This document shows, one piece after another, positions 24,696-33,091 of a stretch of DNA of 42,697 bases; position 1 is the stretch's first letter, and the number at the start of each line of letters is the position of its first letter. The notes under the pieces were generated by a model. That model saw only the letters and a list, made by a program, of their open reading frames with translations, had not been told where the DNA came from and ran no database searches. The DNA is from a virus. The stretch covers positions 1-42,697 of the IMG/VR virus record IMGVR_UViG_2639762614_000001; one strand, given 5' to 3'. The position numbers were made by a program, and so were the translations under genes.

Positions 24696-26012
24696 TTAGA
24701 GCACCTCCAGTGCGCCGTCGTAGTCGTCCGCGTCCGCGAGGTCGGCGGCCTCCTGCTGGAGAGCCTCGACCCGTTCGTCGGGGAGCGCGCTGCCGACCGT
24801 CGAGATCTTGTCGTCGATCTCCCTGATACGCTGCTTGTCCTCGTCCGTCGGGCCGCTCGAGCCACCCGAGCCACCGGCCGGGCCGCTGCCCGTCTCCGGC
24901 GTCTGAGTGAGCGCCTCGACGTCGAGGTCGCCGTCGTCGGTCTCGAACTCCGAAGCCATCGCGTCGAAGCTCATCGCCTCGACGGTGGCCTCGCGAAGGC
25001 CGAGGTCCTCGGTGAGCGCCTCGGCCATCATGCCTTCCACGATGTCGACGCGCTCGCGCATCGCCTCGGCCTCCTCAGCATCCATGACCTCGGGGTCGTT
25101 GAGATCCGCGGCCTCTTCGATGAGGTCTTCGTGTTCGTCTGCCTGTTCCTCGAGTTCGGTGAGTCGATCGCGCACCTCGGCCTCGACGACCGTCGGGTCG
25201 TCCTTCTGCCGGGCTGCTGCGACCAGCTCCTGCTCTTTGTCAGTTAGGTCCATGTGTAGTGAGTCGTCGTTGGCCGGGGTGCTCTGGCCGTCGCCGCCGC
25301 TGTGGCCGTCATCGCCCGCCGGATGATCGTTCGCCAGTGCTTCGACATCGACGCCGTAGTGAGCCGACAGCGCCTCCGCGGCTTGGGGCCCGATCGCCGG
25401 CGACTGGCCGACGTTGATCTCGTTCGACGGGACGGCTCCGTCAGCAACGAGCGCCACGTCTCGAGCCCCTTGGACGCGAGCGGGTTCGTAGATCGCCTCC
25501 GGATCGCCTTCCTCGCCCTCGACGACCTCGACCTCGCGGATGACGACCGGCGAGATCTGGGCAAGGCCGCTTTCAACGACCTCCTCAGCGTCCCAGTCGG
25601 CGACGAACCCCTCGAAAAGGAGCCCGGTGTCGGGGTCGAACGTCGTCGCCGTGATCTCGCCGACCTTCTCGTCCATCGAGACCGCGCCGGTCAGCGCTGG
25701 CCCGTCGTCGGTCATCGTGACGCCGACGTGTTGCTCGGGATCCAGCGAGTCGGCCATCGTCAGCGGCTTGCCGACGAAGATCTCGTCCACGGCCATCTGC
25801 TCGAGGACGTCCGCGGGCCACCGCGTTCGCTTACCACTGAGACCAGACGTGATGTCATCGACGCCGAAGAGGACGCCGTGGACTGGCAGCTGGTTGTCGG
25901 CCGGTTCAGCTGCGACGGCGGCGACGCCCGCACCGTCGCTCAGGAGTTCGTACGTGGTCATGATGTCATCGTGAAAATCCATGCCGGGAGGGCCTCGCCC
26001 CGGCGGGGTCAT
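24696..26012 (-). CDS. Scaffolding protein, possibly with an N-terminal prohead-protease-like domain (438 aa from ATG 26012)
   Basis: Very acidic coiled-coil C-terminal half (DLTDKEQELVAAARQKDD...LTELEEQADEHEDLIEE...). Position between MuF and MCP. The Arg-rich N-extension of track ORF 24696..26183 overlaps the MuF gene and is rejected. Confidence 0.6.
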   Translation of the reverse strand: MTPPGRGPPGMDFHDDIMTTYELLSDGAGVAAVAAEPADNQLPVHGVLFGVDDITSGLSGKRTRWPADVLEQMAVDEIFVGKPLTMADSLDPEQHVGVTMTDDGPALTGAVSMDEKVGEITATTFDPDTGLLFEGFVADWDAEEVVESGLAQISPVVIREVEVVEGEEGDPEAIYEPARVQGARDVALVADGAVPSNEINVGQSPAIGPQAAEALSAHYGVDVEALANDHPAGDDGHSGGDGQSTPANDDSLHMDLTDKEQELVAAARQKDDPTVVEAEVRDRLTELEEQADEHEDLIEEAADLNDPEVMDAEEAEAMRERVDIVEGMMAEALTEDLGLREATVEAMSFDAMASEFETDDGDLDVEALTQTPETGSGPAGGSGGSSGPTDEDKQRIREIDDKISTVGSALPDERVEALQQEAADLADADDYDGALEVL

Positions 26013-26022
26013 CGGTAGTCGG

Positions 26023-26904
26023 TTAGTTTCCGGTCCAAACCGTGTGTGAGCAACGGCAGTTCGGATGTCGCGGCAGATTGCCGTAGGCCTCCGATGCCTC
26101 GTAGGGGGCACCAGCCGCGTAGGCCTGGCACTGCGCGCAAGCGTCGTTCGCCAGGAGGACGTCGACCTTCTCGACGCCGGCACGCTCCCACTCCTTGAGC
26201 CGCCCCCAGTTGTGGGAGTTCATCAACTCCGTCCGCGAGATCATCGTCGCCCGGTTCATCGCCGCTCGAGGCGTGCCGTCCTCGACCTTCCCGAGGACGT
26301 CGGAGACACCGCGGGCGACCTCGCGTGGCCCGTCGCCACTCGCCAGGCCGTCGGCCAGCTCGCGTCGGACATCCCGTGCGATGTCGTCGGTCAGTCCACG
26401 GAGTTCCGAGAGATTCCGCGAGTAGAGCTGCTCGAGTTGCTCCTGGTGAACAGGCATCCGAATCGACGCGGCGGCCGCCGCCTCGCCGCTGCCGATCCCC
26501 AGCGCGTTCAGTTCAGTCTGGGCGTCCTCGAGGCCCTTGACGTACGCCTGCTCGATGTACTGGTTCTCGCCGCCAAACTGGGTGAGGACCTCGTTCTCGA
26601 GTTGCTTCTCGAGCCAGCGCTGTGCCGCGTCGACCTTCTGGGGGTCCGTCGTGAACTGGAACTGTTGCGCCGTGGGCGCGTCGACCAGCGCCTCGGTCTG
26701 GAGTCCGAGCGCATCGTTCTCGACGATCCCCTTGCGGAGTGCCGAGCGGATATCGGCCAGCCGTCCCCGAAGACCCTGGGCGTAGCGCTGTCGGAGGGAC
26801 TTCGTTCGCGAGGGCTCGTCGCGATCGCGGGCCCGCTCGAGGATGCGTTCGTGTGCCGCCGTCTGGTCCGGAACGCCGGCGTCGGCGTTGGCGGCTGCGC
26901 TCAT
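26023..26904 (-). CDS. Head morphogenesis protein, SPP1 gp7 / Mu F family
   Basis: C-terminal signature ...SRTELMNSHNWG...CAQCQ...LPRHPNCRCSH. Located downstream of the portal gene. Confidence 0.8.
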   Translation of the reverse strand: MSAAANADAGVPDQTAAHERILERARDRDEPSRTKSLRQRYAQGLRGRLADIRSALRKGIVENDALGLQTEALVDAPTAQQFQFTTDPQKVDAAQRWLEKQLENEVLTQFGGENQYIEQAYVKGLEDAQTELNALGIGSGEAAAAASIRMPVHQEQLEQLYSRNLSELRGLTDDIARDVRRELADGLASGDGPREVARGVSDVLGKVEDGTPRAAMNRATMISRTELMNSHNWGRLKEWERAGVEKVDVLLANDACAQCQAYAAGAPYEASEAYGNLPRHPNCRCSHTVWTGN

Positions 26905-27065
26905 CTAAACCACCTAAGGAACCGACTGATGAAACCATCCGAAGGAGGCGACGGTCCGGGCGAACAACCGCCTTTTGGCAACCACTCCATCTTGGCCCGG
27001 CTGTTTCCGTCCTCGTCGGTGACCGTTGCGTCCGTGTCCTCGAGACGAACGAAGGGTTTCTCCAT
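26901..27065 (-). CDS. Hypothetical 54-aa protein between portal and MuF (not in the ORF track)
   Basis: Hand translation: MEKPFVRLEDTDATVTDEDGNSRAKMEWLPKGGCSPGPSPPSDGFISRFLRWFR. TGATG overlap with the portal stop and ATGA overlap with the MuF start. Confidence 0.45.
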   Translation of the reverse strand: MEKPFVRLEDTDATVTDEDGNSRAKMEWLPKGGCSPGPSPPSDGFISRFLRWFR

Positions 27066-28612
27066 CAGTCATCGACCTCCGGACTCGCTTCGTCAGGCAT
27101 GTTGCCGACCATCTCCTGCATGTCCGGCGCCGACTCGTCGACGTCGATCTCGCCGTCGACGAAGACGTCCTCGGGGAGATCCATCGTCGTCTGCAGGAAC
27201 TGCTCGAGGTCGAGGACGGCGTCGATCGGGACGTTGCCGAGCCCCTCGTTCAGCGCCGTCATGAACTGCTCCATCCGCTCGATCTCACCGTCGTCGAGCG
27301 TCGCGATCGGGTTGTCGCTCTCTTTGGGCGCGATCTTGACCTCGAGACCGGACGGGTCGAGCTCCGGATGCCGATCGGCGACCTCGCGGAACGCCTGGGT
27401 CCAGTCGCGCTCGGCGTCGCGGCGCTCCTCGACGATCGTATCCTGGTAGGAGTTTTCCTGTCGGTCCGAGACGTGGTTGGCGATCGACTCGCCGAACGCC
27501 GTCGTGTACTTCGGCGCCGGCAGCGGTGCGAGGATGTCCGCGACGTAGTGTTCGAGGGGCCCGTCAAGTTCCGGGATCGTCGGCTCCCACTGGTCGAGCG
27601 TGATCGAGCCATCGTGGCCGATGATCCCGCCGGCCTCGAGGCCGTCGACGTTGTTGACCCACTCGTCCTGCTCGTCGCTATCCCACGTCTCGACGATCGC
27701 CTCGTTGCTACCCGGGATCTCGGTGACGTCGGTATCGAACTGGGCTTTCCACACACCGTACGCGGTCTTCCGGATCGCCTCGGCACGGTCCCGCTTGATC
27801 TCCCGGTACTCTTCAGCGTCGTCAGCGCACGCCTCGAGGGCCGACGTTCCGAAGATGCCTTCCTCAGTCGCGTCGTCGCCACCGATGTCCGGATCCAGCG
27901 TCCGCTTGAGGACGTCGTTCTGCGAGAGGAGGACCTCATCTTCGTCCATCCCGCCGTTGCGCTGGCCGACGATCGACTGGTCGTCGAACTGGACGTAGGC
28001 CGCGGCCTCATCCCGCTTCGTGATCTCGTCCTCTTCGGCGGTCTCGGTGTCGTCCGGCTCAAGGAGGATATTCTGGTTGGCGTAGGTTCTCGCCGAGACG
28101 GTTTCCGGGCGGATATGCTTGAAGCCGGTGATCGGTCCGTCGGGCTCGGTCTCCTTGCCCTCGGACTTGAGATACTCGTTGAGCGTCGTCCCCTTCGTCC
28201 ATTTCTGGACGATATCGACCTTCAGGTACGGGTAGAACGGCTGGCGCTTCTCGCCGGCCAGGACGGCGCAGTTCTCGAGGAAGCCGCCCTCGGGAGCGAA
28301 GCCCGGTACCTCGCCATCCTCAGGCGCTTCGCCCATGAAGTACGCCTGCGTGGTGTCGTCGTCGGCCTCGATCCGGACACCAGGCTTGACGACATCTCGA
28401 GTGAACTTGTTGAGGTTCGCGCGGATGATCCCGATCTCGCGATAGAGATCGTGGTACTCGTCGATATCCTCGGGCGGGTTAAGGTCGTCGACGTCGCCCG
28501 ACTCGATGTGGATTCGAGAGTTCCGTGTGACCGTTTCGATGGTCTGGGTGATACGTTCTGCGAGCGCCTCGACGCGGCCGCGGATCGGGCCTGAAGATGG
28601 TGTCGTAGACAT
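27065..28612 (-). CDS. Portal protein (515 aa)
   Basis: Size and position between TerL and MuF. Acidic C-terminal tail. Confidence 0.8.
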   Translation of the reverse strand: MSTTPSSGPIRGRVEALAERITQTIETVTRNSRIHIESGDVDDLNPPEDIDEYHDLYREIGIIRANLNKFTRDVVKPGVRIEADDDTTQAYFMGEAPEDGEVPGFAPEGGFLENCAVLAGEKRQPFYPYLKVDIVQKWTKGTTLNEYLKSEGKETEPDGPITGFKHIRPETVSARTYANQNILLEPDDTETAEEDEITKRDEAAAYVQFDDQSIVGQRNGGMDEDEVLLSQNDVLKRTLDPDIGGDDATEEGIFGTSALEACADDAEEYREIKRDRAEAIRKTAYGVWKAQFDTDVTEIPGSNEAIVETWDSDEQDEWVNNVDGLEAGGIIGHDGSITLDQWEPTIPELDGPLEHYVADILAPLPAPKYTTAFGESIANHVSDRQENSYQDTIVEERRDAERDWTQAFREVADRHPELDPSGLEVKIAPKESDNPIATLDDGEIERMEQFMTALNEGLGNVPIDAVLDLEQFLQTTMDLPEDVFVDGEIDVDESAPDMQEMVGNMPDEASPEVDD

Positions 28613-28615
28613 GAG

Positions 28616-30004
28616 TTATCGAATACTCCCGTTGCTGGGCATCGAGCCCGACTTGAAGTGGACCTGAACCGTGTCCCGGGTCTCGTGAGTGAAGATCGCG
28701 TACCGGAGCGCGTCCATGATGTGGTCGTTCTCCTTCTTGGGCTTCTCCGACTCCCGACCGTCCTTGTACTGGTAGGCGTGGAACTCGTTGATCGTCTCCT
28801 GGCAGAGGTCGTGAACCCGGAGCTCGTCACGCTTCGCAGCGACGGCCTTGATGCCCTCCTCGACCGACTTGTCCGACTTCCGAGCGTCGAAGCCGTTCTC
28901 GTTCAGCGCCTCGATCGACTTCGGTTCGGCACTGTCACAGTAGACCGGGCCCGCGCCGTAGTCATCTTCCAGCTGCTCGAGTTCAGCAGCGATGTCGTCG
29001 TTGCCCATTCGCCGGGACTTGCGCTCCTCGACGACGTACCAGCGGTCGCCGTGGATCACGATCGCGATGATCGCCGCGTGGTTCGAGAAGCCCCAGTCGA
29101 CGCCGTAGATCGTCTCGTCCCAGCTGTCCGGCAGCACGTCAGACTCGAGGATGTGATCGTCGCGATCGAACCACGGGTAGACGAGGCCGTCGAACTGCGT
29201 GAACGCACCCTCGACCTCTTGCTCGTAGTACGACCCGGAGTACTCGTCTTGCAACCGCTCGATGTAGTCGTCCGGGTTGTGGGGGTTGAGCCACGACGGG
29301 ACGCCGAAGACGCCACGGACCCGATCGGACTCGCGGACCTCGTAGACGTCGTCGTGGACGATCTCGGCGTCGTCCTCGTAGAACCGATCGTAGACCCAGT
29401 TGAAGCCTCGAGGCGTCCCGGTCAGGAACGCGTTCCGGTAGTTCCCGACGCGGAGACGGCCGGAGAGGACTTCCCAAGCGCGCTCAGCCAGTGACGCCGG
29501 CTCGTCGATCCCGACCCACGCGAGGTTCGGGCCGCGAAGGCGACGGATTTTGCGCTCGTTAGACGCCGTCTGCAGGATGATACGGGAGCCGCTTGGTGTG
29601 TGGACACCGGGTTCTTCGCCCCCGGGCCCGACGTAGTCGCACACCTCGAGGAGGCCGAACTCTCGCATCGTCGGGAGGATGGCGTTCTTGATCGTCGGCC
29701 AGTCCGGCGCGATGATCGCGCCGAGCTCGCCGCGGTTCCAGCGTTCGGCGTTCGCCCAGGCCCGCATGATGAGTGTTGCCGTCTTGCCGGCGCCGAGCCC
29801 CGAGATGATGACGTGGTTCGAGGCATCCGACGAGATCGCAGCGTCGCCGGCGGGCCCAGCGAGGAAGTCCTCCTGGGGAGCCAGGCCGGTGTCCGGATGG
29901 ACGTAGGGGCGGACCTCTCGAGAGTCCCGCTGCCGGTCGAAGATCGTGTAGCTCGGCTCGGGGAACTCGTCGGTGTACGACGCCGAGGATCTGGTTGTAC
30001 TCAT
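28616..30004 (-). CDS. terL: Terminase large subunit
   Basis: Walker A ISGLGAGKTAT, Walker B LAWVGIDEPA, C-terminal nuclease-type motifs (VYCDSAEP, NDHIMDALRYA). Confidence 0.9.
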   Translation of the reverse strand: MSTTRSSASYTDEFPEPSYTIFDRQRDSREVRPYVHPDTGLAPQEDFLAGPAGDAAISSDASNHVIISGLGAGKTATLIMRAWANAERWNRGELGAIIAPDWPTIKNAILPTMREFGLLEVCDYVGPGGEEPGVHTPSGSRIILQTASNERKIRRLRGPNLAWVGIDEPASLAERAWEVLSGRLRVGNYRNAFLTGTPRGFNWVYDRFYEDDAEIVHDDVYEVRESDRVRGVFGVPSWLNPHNPDDYIERLQDEYSGSYYEQEVEGAFTQFDGLVYPWFDRDDHILESDVLPDSWDETIYGVDWGFSNHAAIIAIVIHGDRWYVVEERKSRRMGNDDIAAELEQLEDDYGAGPVYCDSAEPKSIEALNENGFDARKSDKSVEEGIKAVAAKRDELRVHDLCQETINEFHAYQYKDGRESEKPKKENDHIMDALRYAIFTHETRDTVQVHFKSGSMPSNGSIR

Positions 30005-30007
30005 GGG

Positions 30008-30556
30008 TCAGTCCTTCTCCGATGTGAGGTAGACTTCGACGCTGCCGGAGCCGGCGTCGTCGTCATCGTGTTCGCCCCACGACTCGGGGTACCGATTCTT
30101 CAGCACCGAGAGGATCGTCCGGGCATCGCCGTTCTCGCGGGCCATCTCGAGCAGGTCGTCGACGAGCTTCGCCTCGCCGGCCCCGCGTGCGCTCGCGACC
30201 CTGTCCGCGAAATCCGCATAGATGCCTTCGTCCTGGCCGTCGGCTTTCTCGAGCCACTCGTAGAACGTCGTCTGGCCGATGCCGTTACACCGGCAGGCTG
30301 CAGCGACCGAGTGACCGTTCTCGAGCATGTCGGCGATCGACTCTTGACGCTGCTTCGTGAGTTTCGGGTCGCGACCTCGGTGGTTGGGCTCGCCCTCGAG
30401 GATCCCCTTTGCCGACTTCTCACCGAGCATGTGGACGTCGGCGAGTTCGTCGACGGTCGCTGCGAGGACCTCGTCGACGGTCTCGAAGCCGGCCTCCTCG
30501 AGCGCCTCGGCTATCGCTGGTCCAACGCCGTCAATCTCGGTGAGGTCCTTAGTCAT
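30008..30556 (-). CDS. terS: Terminase small subunit candidate (HhH plus HTH DNA-binding protein)
   Basis: LTEIDGVGPAIAEALEEAGFETVDEVL (helix-hairpin-helix) and MLENGHSVAAACRCNGIGQTTFYEWL (HTH). Immediately upstream of terL. Confidence 0.7.
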   Translation of the reverse strand: MTKDLTEIDGVGPAIAEALEEAGFETVDEVLAATVDELADVHMLGEKSAKGILEGEPNHRGRDPKLTKQRQESIADMLENGHSVAAACRCNGIGQTTFYEWLEKADGQDEGIYADFADRVASARGAGEAKLVDDLLEMARENGDARTILSVLKNRYPESWGEHDDDDAGSGSVEVYLTSEKD

Positions 30557-30558
30557 AT

Positions 30559-30819
30559 TCAGTCAGCCTCCGTGAGGTCTTCGTCAACGACATCCTGGGC
30601 GGCCTCGCCGAGGTCCTCCATGCCCCGCTGGATGTCGTCGGCGAAGATCCAAACCAGCGTGACCAGTGTCGCGTAGGCGAGCCAGTTCAGCGTCGGGCCG
30701 CCGGCGACGATCGTCTCGGCGAACTTCGTGTAGCCCAGAAGTGGGAGCGTCGGACTCGAGGCGAGCTGTGTCGTCAGTTGCTTTGCCCGCCGACGTGTCT
30801 GTCCTCGAAGCGAGAGCAT
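30559..30819 (-). CDS. Small membrane protein (86 aa)
   Basis: Hydrophobic segment LNWLAYATLVTLVWIFA. Tightly packed upstream of terS. Confidence 0.55.
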   Translation of the reverse strand: MLSLRGQTRRRAKQLTTQLASSPTLPLLGYTKFAETIVAGGPTLNWLAYATLVTLVWIFADDIQRGMEDLGEAAQDVVDEDLTEAD

Positions 30820-30822
30820 CGG

Positions 30823-31137
30823 TCAGTCTCCGTTGCGACGGTCGCGTACCTCCTCGTACTCAACGTAGTCCTCTCGGACGAGCCACCACTCGAGGATGTC
30901 CGGGCCACTGATGAGGACCGTACCGAAGACCATCGCGACGATCGGCTCGACGCTGGCGTACTCGATGAGGTACAGTACAACGCCGAGGACGACGATGTAA
31001 AACACGTACCGGATTGAGCGCCACATGTTTAGTGAAAGGTTGTAGTGCCGGCACGTACGCTCGACACGGCGGTTGTGTTCTCGAAGCGATTCTGCGATTC
31101 GTGACTGTGATTTTTGCGTCGACATATCATTGGTCAT
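30823..31137 (-). CDS. Small two-TM membrane protein (start ATG 31137 or 31125)
   Basis: IRYVFYIVVLGVVLYLIEY and IVAMVFGTVLISG. The upstream part of track ORF 30823..31317 is Ser/Arg-rich and overlaps the preceding gene. Confidence 0.55.
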   Translation of the reverse strand: MTNDMSTQKSQSRIAESLREHNRRVERTCRHYNLSLNMWRSIRYVFYIVVLGVVLYLIEYASVEPIVAMVFGTVLISGPDILEWWLVREDYVEYEEVRDRRNGD

Positions 31138-31369
31138 CGGACTTTCGGCCGATAACGTAGGCCAGCGTCCCGATCCCGAGCGCCCACCAAGGTTCGTGTA
31201 AGAGAGTCCGGAGTGTGACGCCACGCTCACCGATGAGGAAAGCGATCGCACCGGCGATGATCCCAGCGTGGACCTCGTTGTACGTGATCGGATGGTCGAC
31301 GATCGGGAGTCGCACAAGGACGCGGTCGCCCTTACGGAGTCGATCGTCGATGCACTCGGGTTGTGTCAT
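31127..31369 (-). CDS. Small membrane protein (80 aa from ATG 31369)
   Basis: HAGIIAGAIAFLIG and WWALGIGTLAYVIG. The remainder of track ORF 31127..31687 is non-coding-like. Confidence 0.55.
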   Translation of the reverse strand: MTQPECIDDRLRKGDRVLVRLPIVDHPITYNEVHAGIIAGAIAFLIGERGVTLRTLLHEPWWALGIGTLAYVIGRKSDDQ

Positions 31370-31381
31370 CTGTGGAAAAGA

Positions 31382-31412
31382 CGTCCGTGAGCGGATTTGA
31401 ACCGCTCCCGCG
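31382..31412 (-). other. tRNA 3'-half-like element (T-arm AGCGG-TTCAAAT-CCGCT plus 7-nt acceptor strand plus discriminator); candidate attP core
   Basis: The minus strand reads gggAGCGGTTCAAATCCGCTCACGGACGtctttt, a canonical GGTTCAAATCC T-loop. No matching D arm or anticodon arm lies upstream, so it is not a complete tRNA. Confidence 0.45.
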
Positions 31413-31700
31413 CTCGAGTGGTGTGTCGCTCGTGAAAACCCCGGAGTACCCCTACCCCGAAGTTGACAAGAAACGGTGAGCGCGGCCCGCCTACAGGACG
31501 GACACAGTCGAAAGGGGGTGCGCCGGGTCTCGTGGTGACGCGAGAAGCCTTCCCGGCCTGGTCCCGGCGCGGTCGGGGCGGCCCGTGGATCGCTTAGCAG
31601 TCGCGGGATGGTACCCGCCCCGAAGCGAACAGCGGGAGCGATGACAGTCCCCTTCAGCCCGACGGGGCAGGGGCAACGTCGAGCCACATCGGGGACATCC
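31382..31700 (-). ncRNA. GC-rich, non-protein-coding, highly structured segment (candidate viral RNA and/or att/packaging site)
   Basis: No credible ORF in any frame. Long GC stems: 31573-31581/31615-31623 (9 bp); 31520-31527/31563-31570 (8 bp) enclosing 31528-31532/31541-31545; 31647-31652/31691-31696. The 3' end (minus strand) is tRNA-like and followed by ctttt. Confidence 0.4.
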
Positions 31701-31702
31701 TA

Positions 31703-32077
31703 TTAGACCGAGGCAGGATCGTCGGGAACGACCATGTAGCGATCGTCGTCCTTTTTCGACTCGTCCGACGTCATCCACGGACCAGCCCACTCGATGAGTG
31801 CCTCGTCATCGTCAGCCTGGCTGTACTCTCGCCAGAGCGAGACGTAGCTGTTGAGTTTGTTGACGATCTCGAGGACGTCGTCGTGCTCATCGGGGTCGAT
31901 CGTTGCGACCGAACCGACGTGGCCGTCCGGTTGGACAGTGATAGTAGAGCCACCGGAGATGAGGTGCAGGCCCTCGTACTCGGTGGACTCTCCCATCGGG
32001 AGGTCGCCGTTGATGACGTCGTAGAGGTCGTACTCACTATACGGGTCGATCGGTGCGTCAGGGTCTTTCGGTTCCAT
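31703..32077 (-). CDS. Acidic hypothetical protein (124 aa)
   Basis: Clean ORF with typical halophilic composition. Confidence 0.65.
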   Translation of the reverse strand: MEPKDPDAPIDPYSEYDLYDVINGDLPMGESTEYEGLHLISGGSTITVQPDGHVGSVATIDPDEHDDVLEIVNKLNSYVSLWREYSQADDDEALIEWAGPWMTSDESKKDDDRYMVVPDDPASV

Positions 32078-32083
32078 GGGTGG

Positions 32084-32272
32084 TCAGTTGGTGAGTGGTT
32101 GGATCGACGCTCGGCCGGTCGTGATCCGTGTGCCGTCGGCGTCGACGACGATCTCCGAGCGTGGGTTATTGAACGTCGGCCGCCAGTGGACCTCGTCGAC
32201 GACGCCCTCGAGGCGACGGCCGGCGAACTCGAGTTCGACCGGGACGCCCTCGTCGATCGGGTGAACTGTCAT
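32084..32272 (-). CDS. Small hypothetical protein (62 aa)
   Basis: 4-nt overlap with the upstream gene (32269-32272). Confidence 0.55.
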   Translation of the reverse strand: MTVHPIDEGVPVELEFAGRRLEGVVDEVHWRPTFNNPRSEIVVDADGTRITTGRASIQPLTN

Positions 32273-32817
32273 GGTCGCTTACGAGCTCGCCGAACGCAGA
32301 CCGTCGTTGCGGCCTCGAAGACCTCGGTGTCCAGGCTGGCGTAGTCCTCGAGGGACTTGAGGTGGCCGACGGCGTGCTTGAGGTGGTCCAGCCGGACCGG
32401 CTCGCCGAGTTCTCGGAGACGGTCGCAGAGATTCCGCGCCCTTGAGAGTGCTTCTCGCCGACTCAGCGGGTCCGAATCGGCACGGCCAGCGATCGAGCCA
32501 CAGTCCTCACAGACCGTCCGGACGGGATACTTCGCGATCGCCGTGTTGTCGACCTGGCGCGTTCCCTCGAGTGGGCCCTCGGGGCCGATCTCCCCAGGCT
32601 TGGTTTTGTGGGACCGGATCGACTCGGCCCGGGTGGCCTTGGGTTCGAGGTCGTGTCCAGTAACGCCTGCGAACGCTCGAACGTGGCTCTCGTTGGCTTT
32701 GAGTCGACGAAAGCAACTCGAGCAGATCTCCGGGTTGTTGAACACGTAGCGTCGGAAGACGCGGTCGGGTTCGTCGCGGCCCTGGACCTCGTCGACAGTG
32801 TGGGCTGTGGTGGACAT
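32269..32817 (-). CDS. Zinc-ribbon hypothetical protein (182 aa from ATG 32817), first gene of the long leftward operon
   Basis: CSSC ... CEDC pair. Preceded by a ~240-nt AT-rich intergenic region. Confidence 0.65.
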   Translation of the reverse strand: MSTTAHTVDEVQGRDEPDRVFRRYVFNNPEICSSCFRRLKANESHVRAFAGVTGHDLEPKATRAESIRSHKTKPGEIGPEGPLEGTRQVDNTAIAKYPVRTVCEDCGSIAGRADSDPLSRREALSRARNLCDRLRELGEPVRLDHLKHAVGHLKSLEDYASLDTEVFEAATTVCVRRARKRP

Positions 32818-33091
32818 GGATGTCAGGAAAAGCCGCTGGCTGTCGGCCACCCCCCGACGTCGTCGTTGCCTCGATCGGGGAGCGATAGGAGACAGCCGTT
32901 ACAATCACCAAAGGTGATAGATCAACTTAAACGAATAGATAGGACGCCGTTTTTCGGGAATTATCGGTGGACAGTAGGTCGGTTTCTGCATTTAGGAGAA
33001 CTGTGGAACGCTCAGTAAGTATAGACGGAGAACATACCGTTCTACTACGTTTTAGCGGACTCTAGCTGAGATAGAGTACTGGTTAGATTGA

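Noticed and set aside
24696-26183. Full 495-aa version of the scaffold/protease ORF
   Set aside because: The first ~57 codons are Arg/Thr/Pro-rich and overlap the 3' end of the MuF gene. ATG 26012, 11 nt after the MuF stop, is the sensible start.
31382-31503. Complete (intron-containing?) tRNA gene on the minus strand
   Set aside because: Only the T-arm and acceptor 3' strand are canonical. The best 5' acceptor candidate (gtccgtc) leaves a C-C mismatch and a 122-nt body in which I cannot build D or anticodon arms.
31547-31561. SRP (7S) RNA helix-8-like motif CCAGGCCGGGAAGGC
   Set aside because: The conserved AGCA/GNAR context I remember for SRP RNA is missing, and I cannot verify the rest of the SRP architecture by eye. 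It is mentioned only as something for a cmscan to settle.
31370-31687. N-terminal 106 codons of track ORF 31127..31687 (and ORF 31491..31790)
   Set aside because: The translation is Arg/Pro/Gly/Cys-rich nonsense. The region is better explained as structured non-coding sequence. The real gene starts at ATG 31369.
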